Below are positions 8,942 through 19,190 of a stretch of DNA of 64,000 nucleotides, one piece after another. Under the pieces are notes generated by a model. The model was given only the letters and a program-made list of their open reading frames with translations, did no database searches and was not told the DNA's origin. Where the stretch lies: positions 6,435 through 70,434 of the forward strand of contig JBGFRC010000050.1 in NCBI GenBank assembly GCA_041695325.1, written 5' to 3'. The stretch's first letter is position 1. The number at the start of each line of letters is the position of its first letter. The translations under genes and the position numbers were made by a program. Source of the stretch: Pseudomonadota bacterium (GTDB taxonomy: Bacteria; Pseudomonadota; Gammaproteobacteria; SURF-13).

Positions 8942-10023
8942 TGCTGCTCACTCTCGCCGAATATCTTGTCCGCTTTCACAGCGGCTTCAACGTGTTCCAG
9001 TACCTCACGCTGCGCGCCATCCTGGGCGTGCTCACAGCGTTGCTCATCTCCCTGCTGCTGGGTCCGGCCATGATACGGCGCCTGAACTTTCTCAAGATCG
9101 GGCAAAAAGTGCGTGATGACGGCCCGCAGTCGCACTTGAGCAAGGCCGGCACGCCTACCATGGGCGGCGCGCTGATCCTGGTGTCCATCGCCGTGGCCGT
9201 CTTGCTCTGGGGCGATCTCGGCAACCGCGCGCTGTGGCTGGTGCTGGGCGTGACCCTGCTGTTCGGCCTGATCGGCGCGGTGGACGATTATCTGAAACTG
9301 AAATACGGCAACGCCCAGGGCCTGTCCGCACGCAACAAATATTTTTGGCAATCGCTGGTGGGTTTGAGCGCGGCGCTGTTTTTGTACCTGAGCGCCACGC
9401 TGCCCGCCGAAACGCAGTTGCTGGTGCCGTTTTTTAAAGACATCGCGCCGGAACTGGGTCTGCTGTTCGTGCCGCTGGCCTACTTTGTCATCGTCGGCGC
9501 CAGCAACGCGGTCAATCTCACCGACGGGCTGGACGGCCTCGCCATCATGCCCACAGTGGTGATCGGCGCGGCGCTCGGCATCTTCGCCTACGCCAGCGGC
9601 AACAGCACCATCGCGCAATACCTCCATATTCCTTATCTGCCCGGCGCGGGCGAGATCGTGGTATTCTGCGGCGCGCTGGTGGGCGCGGGCCTGGGCTTTC
9701 TCTGGTTCAACACCTATCCGGCGCAGGTATTCATGGGCGACGTAGGCGCCTTGGGCCTCGGCGCGGCGCTGGGCGTGATCGCGGTGCTGGTGCGCCAGGA
9801 GATCGTGCTGTTCGTCATGGGCGGCGTGTTCGTGATGGAAACCCTGTCGGTGATCCTGCAAGTGGCCTCGTTCAAGCTCACCGGCAAGCGCATCTTTCGC
9901 ATGGCGCCGCTGCATCATCATTTCGAATTGAAGGGCTGGCCGGAGCCGCGGGTGATCGTGCGCTTCTGGATCATCACCGTGGTGCTGGTTTTGATCGGCC
10001 TCGCAACCTTGAAGATACGTTGA
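8941..10023 (+). CDS. mraY: Phospho-N-acetylmuramoyl-pentapeptide transferase
   Basis: 360 aa polytopic membrane protein with [13 protein letters not shown] and [10 protein letters not shown] motifs. Confidence 0.95.
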   Translation: MLLTLAEYLVRFHSGFNVFQYLTLRAILGVLTALLISLLLGPAMIRRLNFLKIGQKVRDDGPQSHLSKAGTPTMGGALILVSIAVAVLLWGDLGNRALWLVLGVTLLFGLIGAVDDYLKLKYGNAQGLSARNKYFWQSLVGLSAALFLYLSATLPAETQLLVPFFKDIAPELGLLFVPLAYFVIVGASNAVNLTDGLDGLAIMPTVVIGAALGIFAYASGNSTIAQYLHIPYLPGAGEIVVFCGALVGAGLGFLWFNTYPAQVFMGDVGALGLGAALGVIAVLVRQEIVLFVMGGVFVMETLSVILQVASFKLTGKRIFRMAPLHHHFELKGWPEPRVIVRFWIITVVLVLIGLATLKIR

Positions 10024-10024
10024 T

Positions 10025-11395
10025 ATGGCGGCCGCGATGCAAACCCTGAACCCGCATACCGTGATCGTCGGCCTGGGCAAGACCGGGCTGTCGGTGGCAC
10101 GCTTCCTCTCCGCGCGCGGCGTGGCGTTCAGTGTCACCGACAGCCGCGCCGAACCGCCCGGTCTCGCCCAGCTCAAACGGGAGTTTCCCTCGGCGCCGCT
10201 GATGCTGGACGGCTTTGATGCGCGGGCGCTGCAACACGCCGCGAGTATCATCGTCAGCCCCGGCGTCAGCCTGCGCGAACCGGCGCTGATGCAGGCCGGG
10301 GCGCGCGGCGTGGACATCATCGGCGACATCGAGCTGTTCGCCCAACACGCGCGCGCGCCGGTGGTTGCCATCACCGGTTCCAACGGCAAAAGCACCGTCG
10401 CCACCCTGCTGGGCGAAATGGCGCGGCGCGCGGGACGCGACGCGCGCGTGGGCGGCAACCTCGGCACGCCGGCGCTGGATTTATTAGGAAAGAAAGAACC
10501 CGATCTCTATGTTTTGGAGCTTTCCAGCTTTCAGCTGGAAACCACGTGCTCGCTCAACGCCGCCGCCGCCACCGTGCTCAACCTCAGCCCCGACCACATG
10601 GACCGCTACCGCGACCTCGCCGAATACACGGCGGCCAAGCGGCGCGTGTATCACGGCACGGGCGTGATGGTGATCAACCGCGACGACTCCATCGTGGCGG
10701 CCATGGCCGAAACAGAACGCAAGATGATCAGCTTCACGCTCCATGAGCCGCAAGGCGATGATTTCGGCGTGCGCAGCGTGCAGGGCGAGACCTGGCTCGC
10801 GCGCGGCAAGGAAAATTTGCTGCGCGCCGGCGCGCTGTGCATCAAGGGCAGTCACAACGTTGCCAACGCGCTCGCCGCGCTGGCCCTAGGCGAGGCCATG
10901 GGCCTCTCCATGCAGGCCATGCTGGAGACGGTAAAAGACTTCAAGGGACTGCCGCACCGCTCGCAGTGCGTGGCGGAGCGCGACGGCGTCGCCTGGTACA
11001 ACGACTCCAAGGGCACCAACGTGGGCGCGACCCAGGCCGCGCTGGCCGGCCTGGGCGCGACGCTTGGCCGCGGCAAGATCGTGCTGATTGCGGGCGGCGA
11101 CGGCAAGAACGCCGACTTCTCCCTCCTGCGCGAGGCGGTGCAAAACTACGCGCGCGCCGTGGTGCTGATCGGCCGCGATGCGCCCATTATTGAACGCGCC
11201 TTGCGCCCTGGCGTAGCAACGATTTCCGCCTCGGACATGAAAGAGGCGGTGCACAAGGCGCGCGCCGCCGCGCAGTCCGGCGACGCCGTGCTGCTGTCGC
11301 CGGCCTGTGCCAGCTTCGACATGTACAGCGGTTACGAAGAACGCGGGCGCGTGTTCAGCGCAGCGGTGCTTGAACTGCTGGAGGGCTCGCGGTGA
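10025..11395 (+). CDS. murD: UDP-N-acetylmuramoylalanine--D-glutamate ligase
   Basis: 456 aa. GSNGKST motif, dcw position. Confidence 0.95.
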   Translation: MAAAMQTLNPHTVIVGLGKTGLSVARFLSARGVAFSVTDSRAEPPGLAQLKREFPSAPLMLDGFDARALQHAASIIVSPGVSLREPALMQAGARGVDIIGDIELFAQHARAPVVAITGSNGKSTVATLLGEMARRAGRDARVGGNLGTPALDLLGKKEPDLYVLELSSFQLETTCSLNAAAATVLNLSPDHMDRYRDLAEYTAAKRRVYHGTGVMVINRDDSIVAAMAETERKMISFTLHEPQGDDFGVRSVQGETWLARGKENLLRAGALCIKGSHNVANALAALALGEAMGLSMQAMLETVKDFKGLPHRSQCVAERDGVAWYNDSKGTNVGATQAALAGLGATLGRGKIVLIAGGDGKNADFSLLREAVQNYARAVVLIGRDAPIIERALRPGVATISASDMKEAVHKARAAAQSGDAVLLSPACASFDMYSGYEERGRVFSAAVLELLEGSR

Positions 11396-12642
11396 ACACG
11401 CAAGCCACCAAGGCGCAGACGCCCGATTACTGGCTGATCGGCGCGCCGCTGTTGCTGATCGGCCTGGGCCTGGTGATGGTGGCCTCCGCCTCCATCGCCA
11501 CCGCTGAACGCGATCCGGGACAGCCGCTCTATTATTTGACTCGCCAGGCGCTGCACCTCGCGGGCGCCGGCTTACTGGCCTGGGGCGTGTTGCGCACGCG
11601 CCTGGTGTATTGGGAGAAGGCCGGGCCGGCGCTGCTGCTGCTCAGTTTCCTGCTGCTCACCCTGGTGCTGCTGCCGGGGATAGGCAAAGAGGTGAACGGC
11701 AGCATGCGCTGGCTGGCGCTGGGCCCGCTCAATCTGCAGCCCTCCGAACCCGCCAAACTGTTCATGGTGGTGTATCTCGCCGGCTATCTGGTGCGGCACG
11801 GCGCCGAGGTGTGCGTGAGCGCCGGATTCCTCAAACCTATGGCGCTGGTCGCGCTGCTCGGCGCTCTGCTGCTCGCCGAACCGGATTTCGGCGCCGCCGT
11901 GGTGCTGGGCGCCACCGTGCTCGGCATGGTGTATCTGGGCGGCGCCAGGCTGTGGCAGTTCGGCTTGCTGTTGGTGCTTGCCCTGCTGCTGCTCGGCGCG
12001 CTCGCGCTCGCCTCGCCTTATCGTCTGGAGCGCCTCACCTCGTTTCTCAATCCCTGGGCCGATCCGTTCAACAGCGGCTTCCAGCTCACCCAGGCGTTGA
12101 TCGCCTTCGGGCGCGGCGAGTGGCTGGGGGTGGGCCTGGGCGCGAGCGTGCAGAAATTGTTTTATCTGCCGGAGGCGCACACCGACTTTCTGTTCGCCGT
12201 GCTGGCCGAGGAGCTGGGCCTCGTGGGTACGCTGAGCGTCATCGCGCTCTACGGCGTGATCGTGTGGCGCGCCTTTGCCTTGGCCGCCACCGCCGCACAG
12301 CGCGGCCAACTCTTCGCCATGCACCTGGCGCACGGCATCGGCTTGTGGCTGGGGCTACAGGCGTTCATCAGCATGGGCGTGAACATGGGGCTGCTGCCCA
12401 CCAAGGGGCTCACGCTGCCGCTCATGAGCTACGGCGGCAGCAGCCTGGTGGTGAGCTGCGTCGCCATCGCCTTGCTGCTGCGCATCGGCCATGAGCTGGG
12501 GCTGCTCGGCATCGCGGGCGCGCACAGGCAGAGAACGGAGCATGTGGCATGGGCGAGTTGCGAAGCAACGAGCGACCGGCCATGGATGGCCGGGCTGGGG
12601 TTTCCAAAAACGGCTAAGCCACGCCAGGGACGGCATCACTGA
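11392..12642 (+). CDS. ftsW: Peptidoglycan glycosyltransferase FtsW (SEDS family)
   Basis: 416 aa, 10-TM SEDS protein (QPSEPAKL, PEAHTDF, GLLPTKG motifs), dcw position. Confidence 0.95.
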   Translation: MNTQATKAQTPDYWLIGAPLLLIGLGLVMVASASIATAERDPGQPLYYLTRQALHLAGAGLLAWGVLRTRLVYWEKAGPALLLLSFLLLTLVLLPGIGKEVNGSMRWLALGPLNLQPSEPAKLFMVVYLAGYLVRHGAEVCVSAGFLKPMALVALLGALLLAEPDFGAAVVLGATVLGMVYLGGARLWQFGLLLVLALLLLGALALASPYRLERLTSFLNPWADPFNSGFQLTQALIAFGRGEWLGVGLGASVQKLFYLPEAHTDFLFAVLAEELGLVGTLSVIALYGVIVWRAFALAATAAQRGQLFAMHLAHGIGLWLGLQAFISMGVNMGLLPTKGLTLPLMSYGGSSLVVSCVAIALLLRIGHELGLLGIAGAHRQRTEHVAWASCEATSDRPWMAGLGFPKTAKPRQGRHH

Positions 12643-12645
12643 GGT

Positions 12646-13725
12646 ATGCAAATGAGAGTATTAATTCTGGCGGGCGGCACCGGCGGGCACGTGTTTCCGG
12701 CGCTGGCGGTGGCCGAGGAATTGCGCGCCCGCGGCGCTGAGGTGCTGTGGCTCGGCACCCGGTCCGGGCTTGAGGCCGAAATCGTGCCGCGCGCTGGCTT
12801 TGCGCTGTCGTTCATTTCCATCTCCGGCCTGCGCGGCAAGGGTGTGCTGAGCTGGTTGCTTGCCCCGTACAAGCTGGCGCTGGCCTTTCTGCAATCGCTC
12901 GGCGCTCTCATGCGTTTGCGCCCCATGGCGGTGCTCGGCATGGGCGGCTTTGTCACCGGCCCGGCGGGATTTTGCGCCTGGCTGCTGGACAAGCCGCTGT
13001 TGATCCACGAACAGAACGCCGTCGCCGGGCTCACCAATCGTTTGCTCGCGCCGCTGGCCGATAAAGTGCTGGAGGCGTTTCCGGGCAGCCTGCCCGCTAA
13101 ACACCGCCCCGTTCACACCGGCAATCCGGTGCGCGCGGCCATCAGCGCCGTCGCCGAACCCGTGCAGCGCCTGGCCGGGCGCAGCGGTCCGCTGCGCCTG
13201 CTGGTGATCGGCGGCAGCCTGGGGGCGCAGGTGTTCAACGAAATCGTGCCGCAGGCGCTCACCGCCCTGCCCGCCGCGGAGCGGCCCGAAGTCCGGCATC
13301 AGTGCGGCAAGCGCCACCTCGATGCGGCGCAACGGAATTATCGCGCGGCGGGCGTCGAGGCGCGCGTGGCGCCGTTTATTGACGACATGGCCGAGGCTTA
13401 CGCCTGGGCCGATCTGGTGTTGTGCCGCGCCGGCGCGCTCACTGTCGCTGAGCTCGCCGCGGCGGGCATGGCGGCGATACTGGTACCCTATCCCTACGCG
13501 GTGGACGATCATCAAACCGCCAACGCGCGTTATCTGAGCAATCAGCGCGCCGCGCTGCTGCTGCCGCAAAGCGAGTTCAATAAAGAGCGTTTGAAAACCC
13601 TGCTGCTGGAATTTGCCCGCGCGCGCGGCAAACTGCTCGTCCTGGCCGAGGCGGCGCGCGCGCGCGCCGTCACCGGCGCCGCGCAGCGCATCGCCGCACT
13701 GTGCCTGGAGGCCGCGCATGGCTGA
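12646..13725 (+). CDS. murG: UDP-N-acetylglucosamine--N-acetylmuramyl-(pentapeptide) pyrophosphoryl-undecaprenol N-acetylglucosamine transferase
   Basis: 359 aa. N-terminal [15 protein letters not shown]-loop, dcw position. Confidence 0.95.
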   Translation: MQMRVLILAGGTGGHVFPALAVAEELRARGAEVLWLGTRSGLEAEIVPRAGFALSFISISGLRGKGVLSWLLAPYKLALAFLQSLGALMRLRPMAVLGMGGFVTGPAGFCAWLLDKPLLIHEQNAVAGLTNRLLAPLADKVLEAFPGSLPAKHRPVHTGNPVRAAISAVAEPVQRLAGRSGPLRLLVIGGSLGAQVFNEIVPQALTALPAAERPEVRHQCGKRHLDAAQRNYRAAGVEARVAPFIDDMAEAYAWADLVLCRAGALTVAELAAAGMAAILVPYPYAVDDHQTANARYLSNQRAALLLPQSEFNKERLKTLLLEFARARGKLLVLAEAARARAVTGAAQRIAALCLEAAHG

Positions 13726-15166
13726 GCAGACCTGCACCGGCATGGAGCGCATGCGCCGCATCCATTTCGTCGGCATCGGCGGCGCGGGCATGGGCGGCAT
13801 CGCCGAGGTGTTGTGCAACCTCGGCTATCAGGTATCCGGCTCCGACCTGCACGACAACGCCATGACGCGCCGCTTGCGCGAAATGGGCGCGACCGTCTAC
13901 ATCGGCCACGACGCCGCGCAGGTCTCCGGCTGCGACGTGGTCGTCATCTCCAGCGCCGTCCAGGGCGACAACGTCGAGGTCAGCGAGGCGCGCGCGCGCC
14001 GCCTCCCCATCGTGCCGCGCGCCGAGATGCTGGCCGAGCTGATGCGTTTTCGCCACGGCATCGCCATCGCCGGCACGCACGGCAAGACCACCACCACCAG
14101 CTTGACGGCCAGCCTGCTCGCCGAGGGCGGGCTCGACCCCACCTTCGTCATCGGCGGCAAGCTCAACAGCGCAGGCGCGCACGCGCGCCTGGGCGGCGGA
14201 AAGTATCTGGTGGCCGAGGCCGACGAGAGCGACGCCTCGTTTCTGTATCTGCAACCCATGATCGCGGTGGTCACCAACATAGACGCCGACCATCTGGAAA
14301 CCTACGGCGGCGACTTCCACACGCTGCGCCGGACCTTTATCGAGTTCCTGCATCACCTGCCGTTTTACGGCCTGGCGGTGTTGTGCCTGGACGACCCGGT
14401 GGTGCGCGACATCCTGCCGCAGGTGACGCGCCCGGTGTTGACGTACGGCCTGAGCGCGGAGGCCGACATGCGCGCCGAGGACATCCGCCAGCAAGGCGCG
14501 CGCAGCGAATTCAAACTGGTGCGGCGCGGCCGCTCGCCGCTCGCCGTCACGCTCAACCTGCCGGGGCGGCACAACGTGCAGAACGCGCTCGCCGCCATCG
14601 CCGTGGCGCAGGAAGCGGGCGTGAGTGACGCCGCCATCCAGCACGGCTTGAGCAATTTTCTCGGCATCGGCCGCCGCCTGCAGGTGTACGGCGAGCTCGC
14701 CACCGCCGCCGGGCGCGTGCTGCTGATAGACGACTACGGCCATCACCCGCGCGAGATCGCGGCCAGCGTGCAGGCGATCCGCGCCGGCTGGCCGGGGCGG
14801 CGGCTGGTCATCGCGTTTCAGCCGCACCGCTACACGCGCACGCGCGATTTGTTCGAGGACTTCACGCGCGTGTTGAGCGAGAGCGCCGACCTGTTGCTGC
14901 TCACCGAGGTGTACCCCGCGGGCGAGGCGCCAGTCAGCGGCGCCGACGGGCGCGCGCTGGCGCGCGCCATCCGCGTCCGCGGCAGGATTGATCCGGTGTT
15001 CGTTGAACACAGCGTGGAATTGTTCGACGCCCTGCCCGCCCTGCTGCGCGACGGCGACGTGCTGCTCACGCTGGGCGCGGGCGACATCGGCGCCGTCGCG
15101 CCCGCCCTGCGCGAGCGCCTGGCTCAAAATTCAGTGACGCCACTGCGCGGCCGGGGCAAGGCATGA
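13718..15166 (+). CDS. murC: UDP-N-acetylmuramate--L-alanine ligase
   Basis: Frame of ORF 13613..15166. Likely start ATG 13718 (MAEQTCTG...[19 protein letters not shown]), overlapping the murG stop. [10 protein letters not shown]-loop. Confidence 0.93.
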   Translation: MAEQTCTGMERMRRIHFVGIGGAGMGGIAEVLCNLGYQVSGSDLHDNAMTRRLREMGATVYIGHDAAQVSGCDVVVISSAVQGDNVEVSEARARRLPIVPRAEMLAELMRFRHGIAIAGTHGKTTTTSLTASLLAEGGLDPTFVIGGKLNSAGAHARLGGGKYLVAEADESDASFLYLQPMIAVVTNIDADHLETYGGDFHTLRRTFIEFLHHLPFYGLAVLCLDDPVVRDILPQVTRPVLTYGLSAEADMRAEDIRQQGARSEFKLVRRGRSPLAVTLNLPGRHNVQNALAAIAVAQEAGVSDAAIQHGLSNFLGIGRRLQVYGELATAAGRVLLIDDYGHHPREIAASVQAIRAGWPGRRLVIAFQPHRYTRTRDLFEDFTRVLSESADLLLLTEVYPAGEAPVSGADGRALARAIRVRGRIDPVFVEHSVELFDALPALLRDGDVLLTLGAGDIGAVAPALRERLAQNSVTPLRGRGKA

Positions 15167-15202
15167 ATGCGGTACGCCAATCTTATAAGAGATTTTCATC
15201 AT

Positions 15203-15246
15203 CCCCCTCTCCCGCTTTCGCGGGAGAGGGCTGGGGAGAGGGTTCC
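15203..15246. repeat. GC-rich REP-like palindromic repeat (ccccctctcccgc-tttc-gcgggagaggg-ctggggagagggttcc) in the murC-murB spacer
   Basis: Perfect 11-bp stem ccctctcccgc/gcgggagaggg with a 4-nt loop plus a flanking ggggagagg box. Near-identical copies at 33618-33672 and 33682-33734. Confidence 0.8.
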
Positions 15247-15300
15247 TTGACTTCCAAGACGGCGGCTAAGCTGCGCGGGAAGTTGCGCCATGAGGAACCG

Positions 15301-16146
15301 ATGGCCCGCCACACCACCTGGCGTGTGGGCGGTCCCGCGCAGCATTTTTTTGAACCCGCCGATCTGGATGATCTGATGCTGTTCCTGCGCCAATTGCCGC
15401 CGGACGAACCGCTGCTGTGGCTGGGCCTCGGCAGCAACCTGCTGGTGCGCGACGGCGGCTTTCGCGGCACGGTGATCGCCACCCATCCCGCGCTGCAAAA
15501 GCTGGGGCTGATCGAGCCCGGGGTGATACGCGCCGAGGCGGGCGTGCCCTGCGCCAGGGTGGCGCGTTTCGCGGCGCAACACCATCTCACCGGCGCGGAA
15601 TTTCTGGCCGGCATTCCCGGCACCATGGGCGGGGCGCTGGCCATGAACGCGGGCGCGTTCGGCGGCGAAACCTGGAATGTCGTCACGCGCGTCGAGACGC
15701 TGGACCGGAACGGGATGCGGCACACGCGTACTCACGTGGAATATCAAATCGCCTACCGCAGCGTGCGCGCGCTAGGCGTGTCCGAAGAATGGTTTGTCGC
15801 CGGTCATCTCAAACTGCCGGCCGGCGACGGCGCGGCCTCGCAGCAGTACATCAAGCAACTGCTGGAAAAACGCAACCAGACCCAGCCCACGCAACTGCCC
15901 AATGCGGGCTCGGTGTTCCGCAATCCGCCGGGCGATTTCGCCGCGCGCCTGATCGAGGCATGCGGACTCAAAGGCGCGCGCATCGGCGCAGCCTGCGTGT
16001 CGGAAAAACACGCCAACTTCATCGTCAACGCCGGCGGCGCACGCGCCGCCGACATCGAGGCGCTGATGGAAAAAGTCGCGCGCGCCGTGGAGCAGCAGCA
16101 CGGCGTGCGCCTGATGCGCGAAGTACACATCGTGGGGGAGCCGTGA
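15301..16146 (+). CDS. murB: UDP-N-acetylenolpyruvoylglucosamine reductase
   Basis: Frame of ORF 15163..16146. Homology to MurB (FAD-binding; TWRVGGPAQ, GGLSNL-type motifs) begins at MARHTTW (ATG 15301). The upstream 46 codons of the ORF are translation of the REP-like repeat, so they are excluded. Confidence 0.88.
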   Translation: MARHTTWRVGGPAQHFFEPADLDDLMLFLRQLPPDEPLLWLGLGSNLLVRDGGFRGTVIATHPALQKLGLIEPGVIRAEAGVPCARVARFAAQHHLTGAEFLAGIPGTMGGALAMNAGAFGGETWNVVTRVETLDRNGMRHTRTHVEYQIAYRSVRALGVSEEWFVAGHLKLPAGDGAASQQYIKQLLEKRNQTQPTQLPNAGSVFRNPPGDFAARLIEACGLKGARIGAACVSEKHANFIVNAGGARAADIEALMEKVARAVEQQHGVRLMREVHIVGEP

Positions 16147-17099
16147 TGGACGCGCGCGTCTTCGGCAAGGTGGCGGTGGTCATGGGCGGCCGTTCGGCCG
16201 AGCGCGAGGTGTCGCTGAAGAGCGGGCACGCCGTGCTTGAGGCCTTACTCAACAAGGGCGTGGACGCGCATGCGCTGGACGCCGCAGGCTCAGAGCTGCT
16301 GCGCGCGCTGCAACAGGGAAAATTCGACCGCGTGTTCATCGCCCAGCACGGGCGCGGCGGCGAAGACGGCGTGCTGCAAGGCGCGCTGGAACTGCTCGGC
16401 CTGCCCTACACCGGCAGCGGCGTGGCGGGTTCGGCGCTGGCCATGGACAAGGTGCGCAGTAAATACGTGTGGCAGGCGCTGAACCTGTCCACGCCGGAGT
16501 TCGCGTTGCTCGACGAGTACAGCGACTTCCCCGCGGTAGTGAAAAAACTCGGCCTGCCGCTGATCGTGAAGCCGGTGCACGAAGGCTCCACCATCGGTCT
16601 CACCAAGGTCACTCAAGCCGGACAACTGCACGGCGCCTGGGAATCGGCGCGCCGTTACGACGCCGACGTCATCGCCGAGCGCTGCATCGCGGGCCCGGAA
16701 TACACCGTCTCGATACTGGGCGAGGAGGCGCTGCCGCTGATCCGCATCGAGGCCGCGGACGGTTTGTACGACTACCAGGCCAAATACATTGCCGATGACA
16801 CGCGCTATTTCTGTCCCTGCGGCTTGGAACAGAAACGCGAGCGGGAGTTGCAGCAGCTCGCGCTCGACGCCTTCCGCGCGCTCGGCTGCAGCGGCTGGGG
16901 TCGGGTGGATATCCTGTGCGACGTGCAAGGCAAGCCGTGGCTGCTGGAAGCCAACACCGTGCCCGGCATGACCGGCCACAGCCTGGTGCCGATGGCGGCG
17001 CGCGCCGCCGGAATCAGCTTTGACGACCTGGTGTGGCGCATCCTGCTCACCAGTCTGCGCGCCGCCCCCTTTACTGCGCGGGAGGCCGGTCATGGCTGA
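16146..17099 (+). CDS. ddl: D-alanine--D-alanine ligase
   Basis: Start MDARVFGKVAVVMGGRSAEREVSL; ATP-grasp fold. ATG 16146 overlaps the murB stop by 1 nt. Confidence 0.93.
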   Translation: MDARVFGKVAVVMGGRSAEREVSLKSGHAVLEALLNKGVDAHALDAAGSELLRALQQGKFDRVFIAQHGRGGEDGVLQGALELLGLPYTGSGVAGSALAMDKVRSKYVWQALNLSTPEFALLDEYSDFPAVVKKLGLPLIVKPVHEGSTIGLTKVTQAGQLHGAWESARRYDADVIAERCIAGPEYTVSILGEEALPLIRIEAADGLYDYQAKYIADDTRYFCPCGLEQKRERELQQLALDAFRALGCSGWGRVDILCDVQGKPWLLEANTVPGMTGHSLVPMAARAAGISFDDLVWRILLTSLRAAPFTAREAGHG

Positions 17100-17907
17100 C
17101 CGTATGCAGCGCCTGCGCCGCAACGCGGAGCATGCGCCGATCTTCACGCCAGCCCTCCCGGGGCGCGGCGCGGCGCCGCCTTTGCGCATATCCGCCGCGC
17201 GCCCCGTCACTCCGGTTACCGGCGCCTCAACCCGGCGCGCGCTGCGGCTCGTGTTCTCCGTTCTGCTCGCGGCATCGCTTGCCACGGGCGCATGGCTGCT
17301 CACCCGCCCCGGCGCCCTGCCCATCCGCTCGGTGCGTATCGAGGGCGAGTTCGCGCGCGTCACGCGCGACGAGTTGCAGCAGGCCATCGCCGAGGCGGCG
17401 AGCGGCGACCTGTTCAGCGTGGACATGGGCGCGATCCAGCGCGCAGCGCTTGCCCTGCCCTGGGTGCACCACGTCACCGTGCGGCGCGTGTGGCCGGACG
17501 GCCTGCGCGTCTCCGTCACCGAACAGCGCGCCGCCGCGATCTGGAATACGCGCGGCCTGCTCAACGAAGACGGCGTGGCGTTTTATCCCGATCAGGCGAG
17601 CCTGCCCGCGCTGGCGGAGCTTACAGGGCCTCCCGGCAGCGAACGTTTGTTGCTCGGCCACCTGCGCGCGGTGCAGAAGATGCTGGCCCCGCTCAAATTG
17701 GAGGTGACGCGGCTCACCCTGGACGAGCGGCGCGCCTTGAGCGCCGCGCTTGACAACGGCACGGAGCTGATTCTGGGGCGCGATGAAATTTACGCGCGCG
17801 TCACGCGCTTTACGCGCATGTACCCGCTGCTCGCAGGGCGCGGCGCGATGCAGCGCGCGGATTTGCGCTACAGCAATGGGCTGGCCGTGCGCTGGGCGAC
17901 GGAATGA
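17092..17907 (+). CDS. ftsQ: Cell division protein FtsQ
   Basis: Frame of ORF 17020..17907. Arg/Pro-rich cytoplasmic tail, one TM helix (LRLVFSVLLAASLATGAWLL), POTRA domain. Position between ddl and ftsA. Confidence 0.85.
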   Translation: MADRMQRLRRNAEHAPIFTPALPGRGAAPPLRISAARPVTPVTGASTRRALRLVFSVLLAASLATGAWLLTRPGALPIRSVRIEGEFARVTRDELQQAIAEAASGDLFSVDMGAIQRAALALPWVHHVTVRRVWPDGLRVSVTEQRAAAIWNTRGLLNEDGVAFYPDQASLPALAELTGPPGSERLLLGHLRAVQKMLAPLKLEVTRLTLDERRALSAALDNGTELILGRDEIYARVTRFTRMYPLLAGRGAMQRADLRYSNGLAVRWATE

Positions 17908-17930
17908 AGCAACTGACGGGGAAAACCAGG

Positions 17931-19163
17931 ATGTCCAAGAAAACGGAAAAAAACCTGATCGTCGGTCTCGACATCGGCACCTCCAAGGTGGCCGCCATCG
18001 TGGGCGAAATCACCGAGGAGGGCCGGCTCGAAATCATCGGCATCGGCTCGCACCGCTCGCGTGGACTGAAAAAGGGCGTGGTGGTCAACATCGAGTCCAC
18101 CGTGCAGTCCATCCAGCGGGCGGTGGAAGAAGCGGAGTTGATGGCCGGCTGCCAGATCCACTCGGTGTACACCGGCATCGCCGGCTCACACATCAAGAGC
18201 CTCAACTCGCACGGCATCGTCGCCATCAGCACCAAGGAGGTCACCGCCGGCGACATGGAGCGGGTGGTGGACGCGGCGCGCGCGGTGGCCATTCCCGCCG
18301 ACCAGAAAATCCTGCACGTGCTGCCGCAGGAATTCATCATAGACAACCAGGAAGGCATCCGCGACCCGATCGGCATGTCCGGCGTGCGCCTGGAGGCCAA
18401 GGTACACCTCGTCACCGGCGCGGTGAGCGCGGCGCAAAACATCGTCAAGTGCGTGCGCCGCTGCGGCCTGGAGGTGGACGAGATCATACTGGAGCAGCTC
18501 GCCTCCAGCTACGCCGTGCTTACCGAGGATGAAAAGGATTTGGGGGTGTGCCTGGTGGACATCGGCGGCGGCACCACCGACATCGCGGTGTTCACCGGCG
18601 GCGCCATCCGCCACACCGCGGTCATCCCCATCGCGGGCGACCAGGTCACCAATGACATCGCGGTCGCGCTGCGTACACCCACCCAGTACGCCGACGAGAT
18701 CAAGATCAAATACGCCTGCGCCCTCACCCAGCTCGCGCAGGCCGATGAATCCATCGAGGTGCCGAGCGTGGGCGACCGCCCGGCGCGCCGCCTGGCGCGC
18801 CAGACCCTGGCCGAAGTGGTGGAACCGCGCCTGGAGGAACTGCTCACGCTGGTGCAGACCGAACTCCGGCGCAGCGGCTTCGAGGACCTGGTCGCGGCGG
18901 GCATGGTGCTCACCGGCGGCACAGCAAAAATCGAGGGCATCATTGATCTGGCCGAGGAAATCTTTCACATGCCGGTGCGGCTTGGGCTGCCGCAACACGT
19001 CAGCGGTCTCGCCGACGTGGTGCGCAATCCGATCTACGCCACCGGCGTGGGCTTGCTGTTGTACGGACAAAAACACCGCCATGCGCGCCCCGCCTATGGA
19101 CGCGGCGTGAGCGTCAAGGGCGTGTGGGGACGCATGAAGAGCTGGTTTCAGGGGAATTTTTAA
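17931..19163 (+). CDS. ftsA: Cell division protein FtsA
   Basis: Frame of ORF 17904..19163. Actin-like ATPase; N-terminus NLIVGLDIGTSKV typical of FtsA. Confidence 0.93.
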   Translation: MSKKTEKNLIVGLDIGTSKVAAIVGEITEEGRLEIIGIGSHRSRGLKKGVVVNIESTVQSIQRAVEEAELMAGCQIHSVYTGIAGSHIKSLNSHGIVAISTKEVTAGDMERVVDAARAVAIPADQKILHVLPQEFIIDNQEGIRDPIGMSGVRLEAKVHLVTGAVSAAQNIVKCVRRCGLEVDEIILEQLASSYAVLTEDEKDLGVCLVDIGGGTTDIAVFTGGAIRHTAVIPIAGDQVTNDIAVALRTPTQYADEIKIKYACALTQLAQADESIEVPSVGDRPARRLARQTLAEVVEPRLEELLTLVQTELRRSGFEDLVAAGMVLTGGTAKIEGIIDLAEEIFHMPVRLGLPQHVSGLADVVRNPIYATGVGLLLYGQKHRHARPAYGRGVSVKGVWGRMKSWFQGNF

Positions 19164-19190
19164 TTTTAAAATTAAAGAGGAGATCATCAC

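Noticed and set aside
15163-15300. 46-codon N-terminal extension of the murB ORF ([28 protein letters not shown]...)
   Set aside because: It is the in-frame translation of the REP-like palindrome and its flanks. MurB homology starts at MARHTTW (15301). Treated as non-coding spacer.
15417-16145. 5' extension of the 560-aa ORF in the ddl frame overlapping murB
   Set aside because: Arg-rich nonsense in the murB alternate frame. Ddl homology begins at MDARVFGK (16146).
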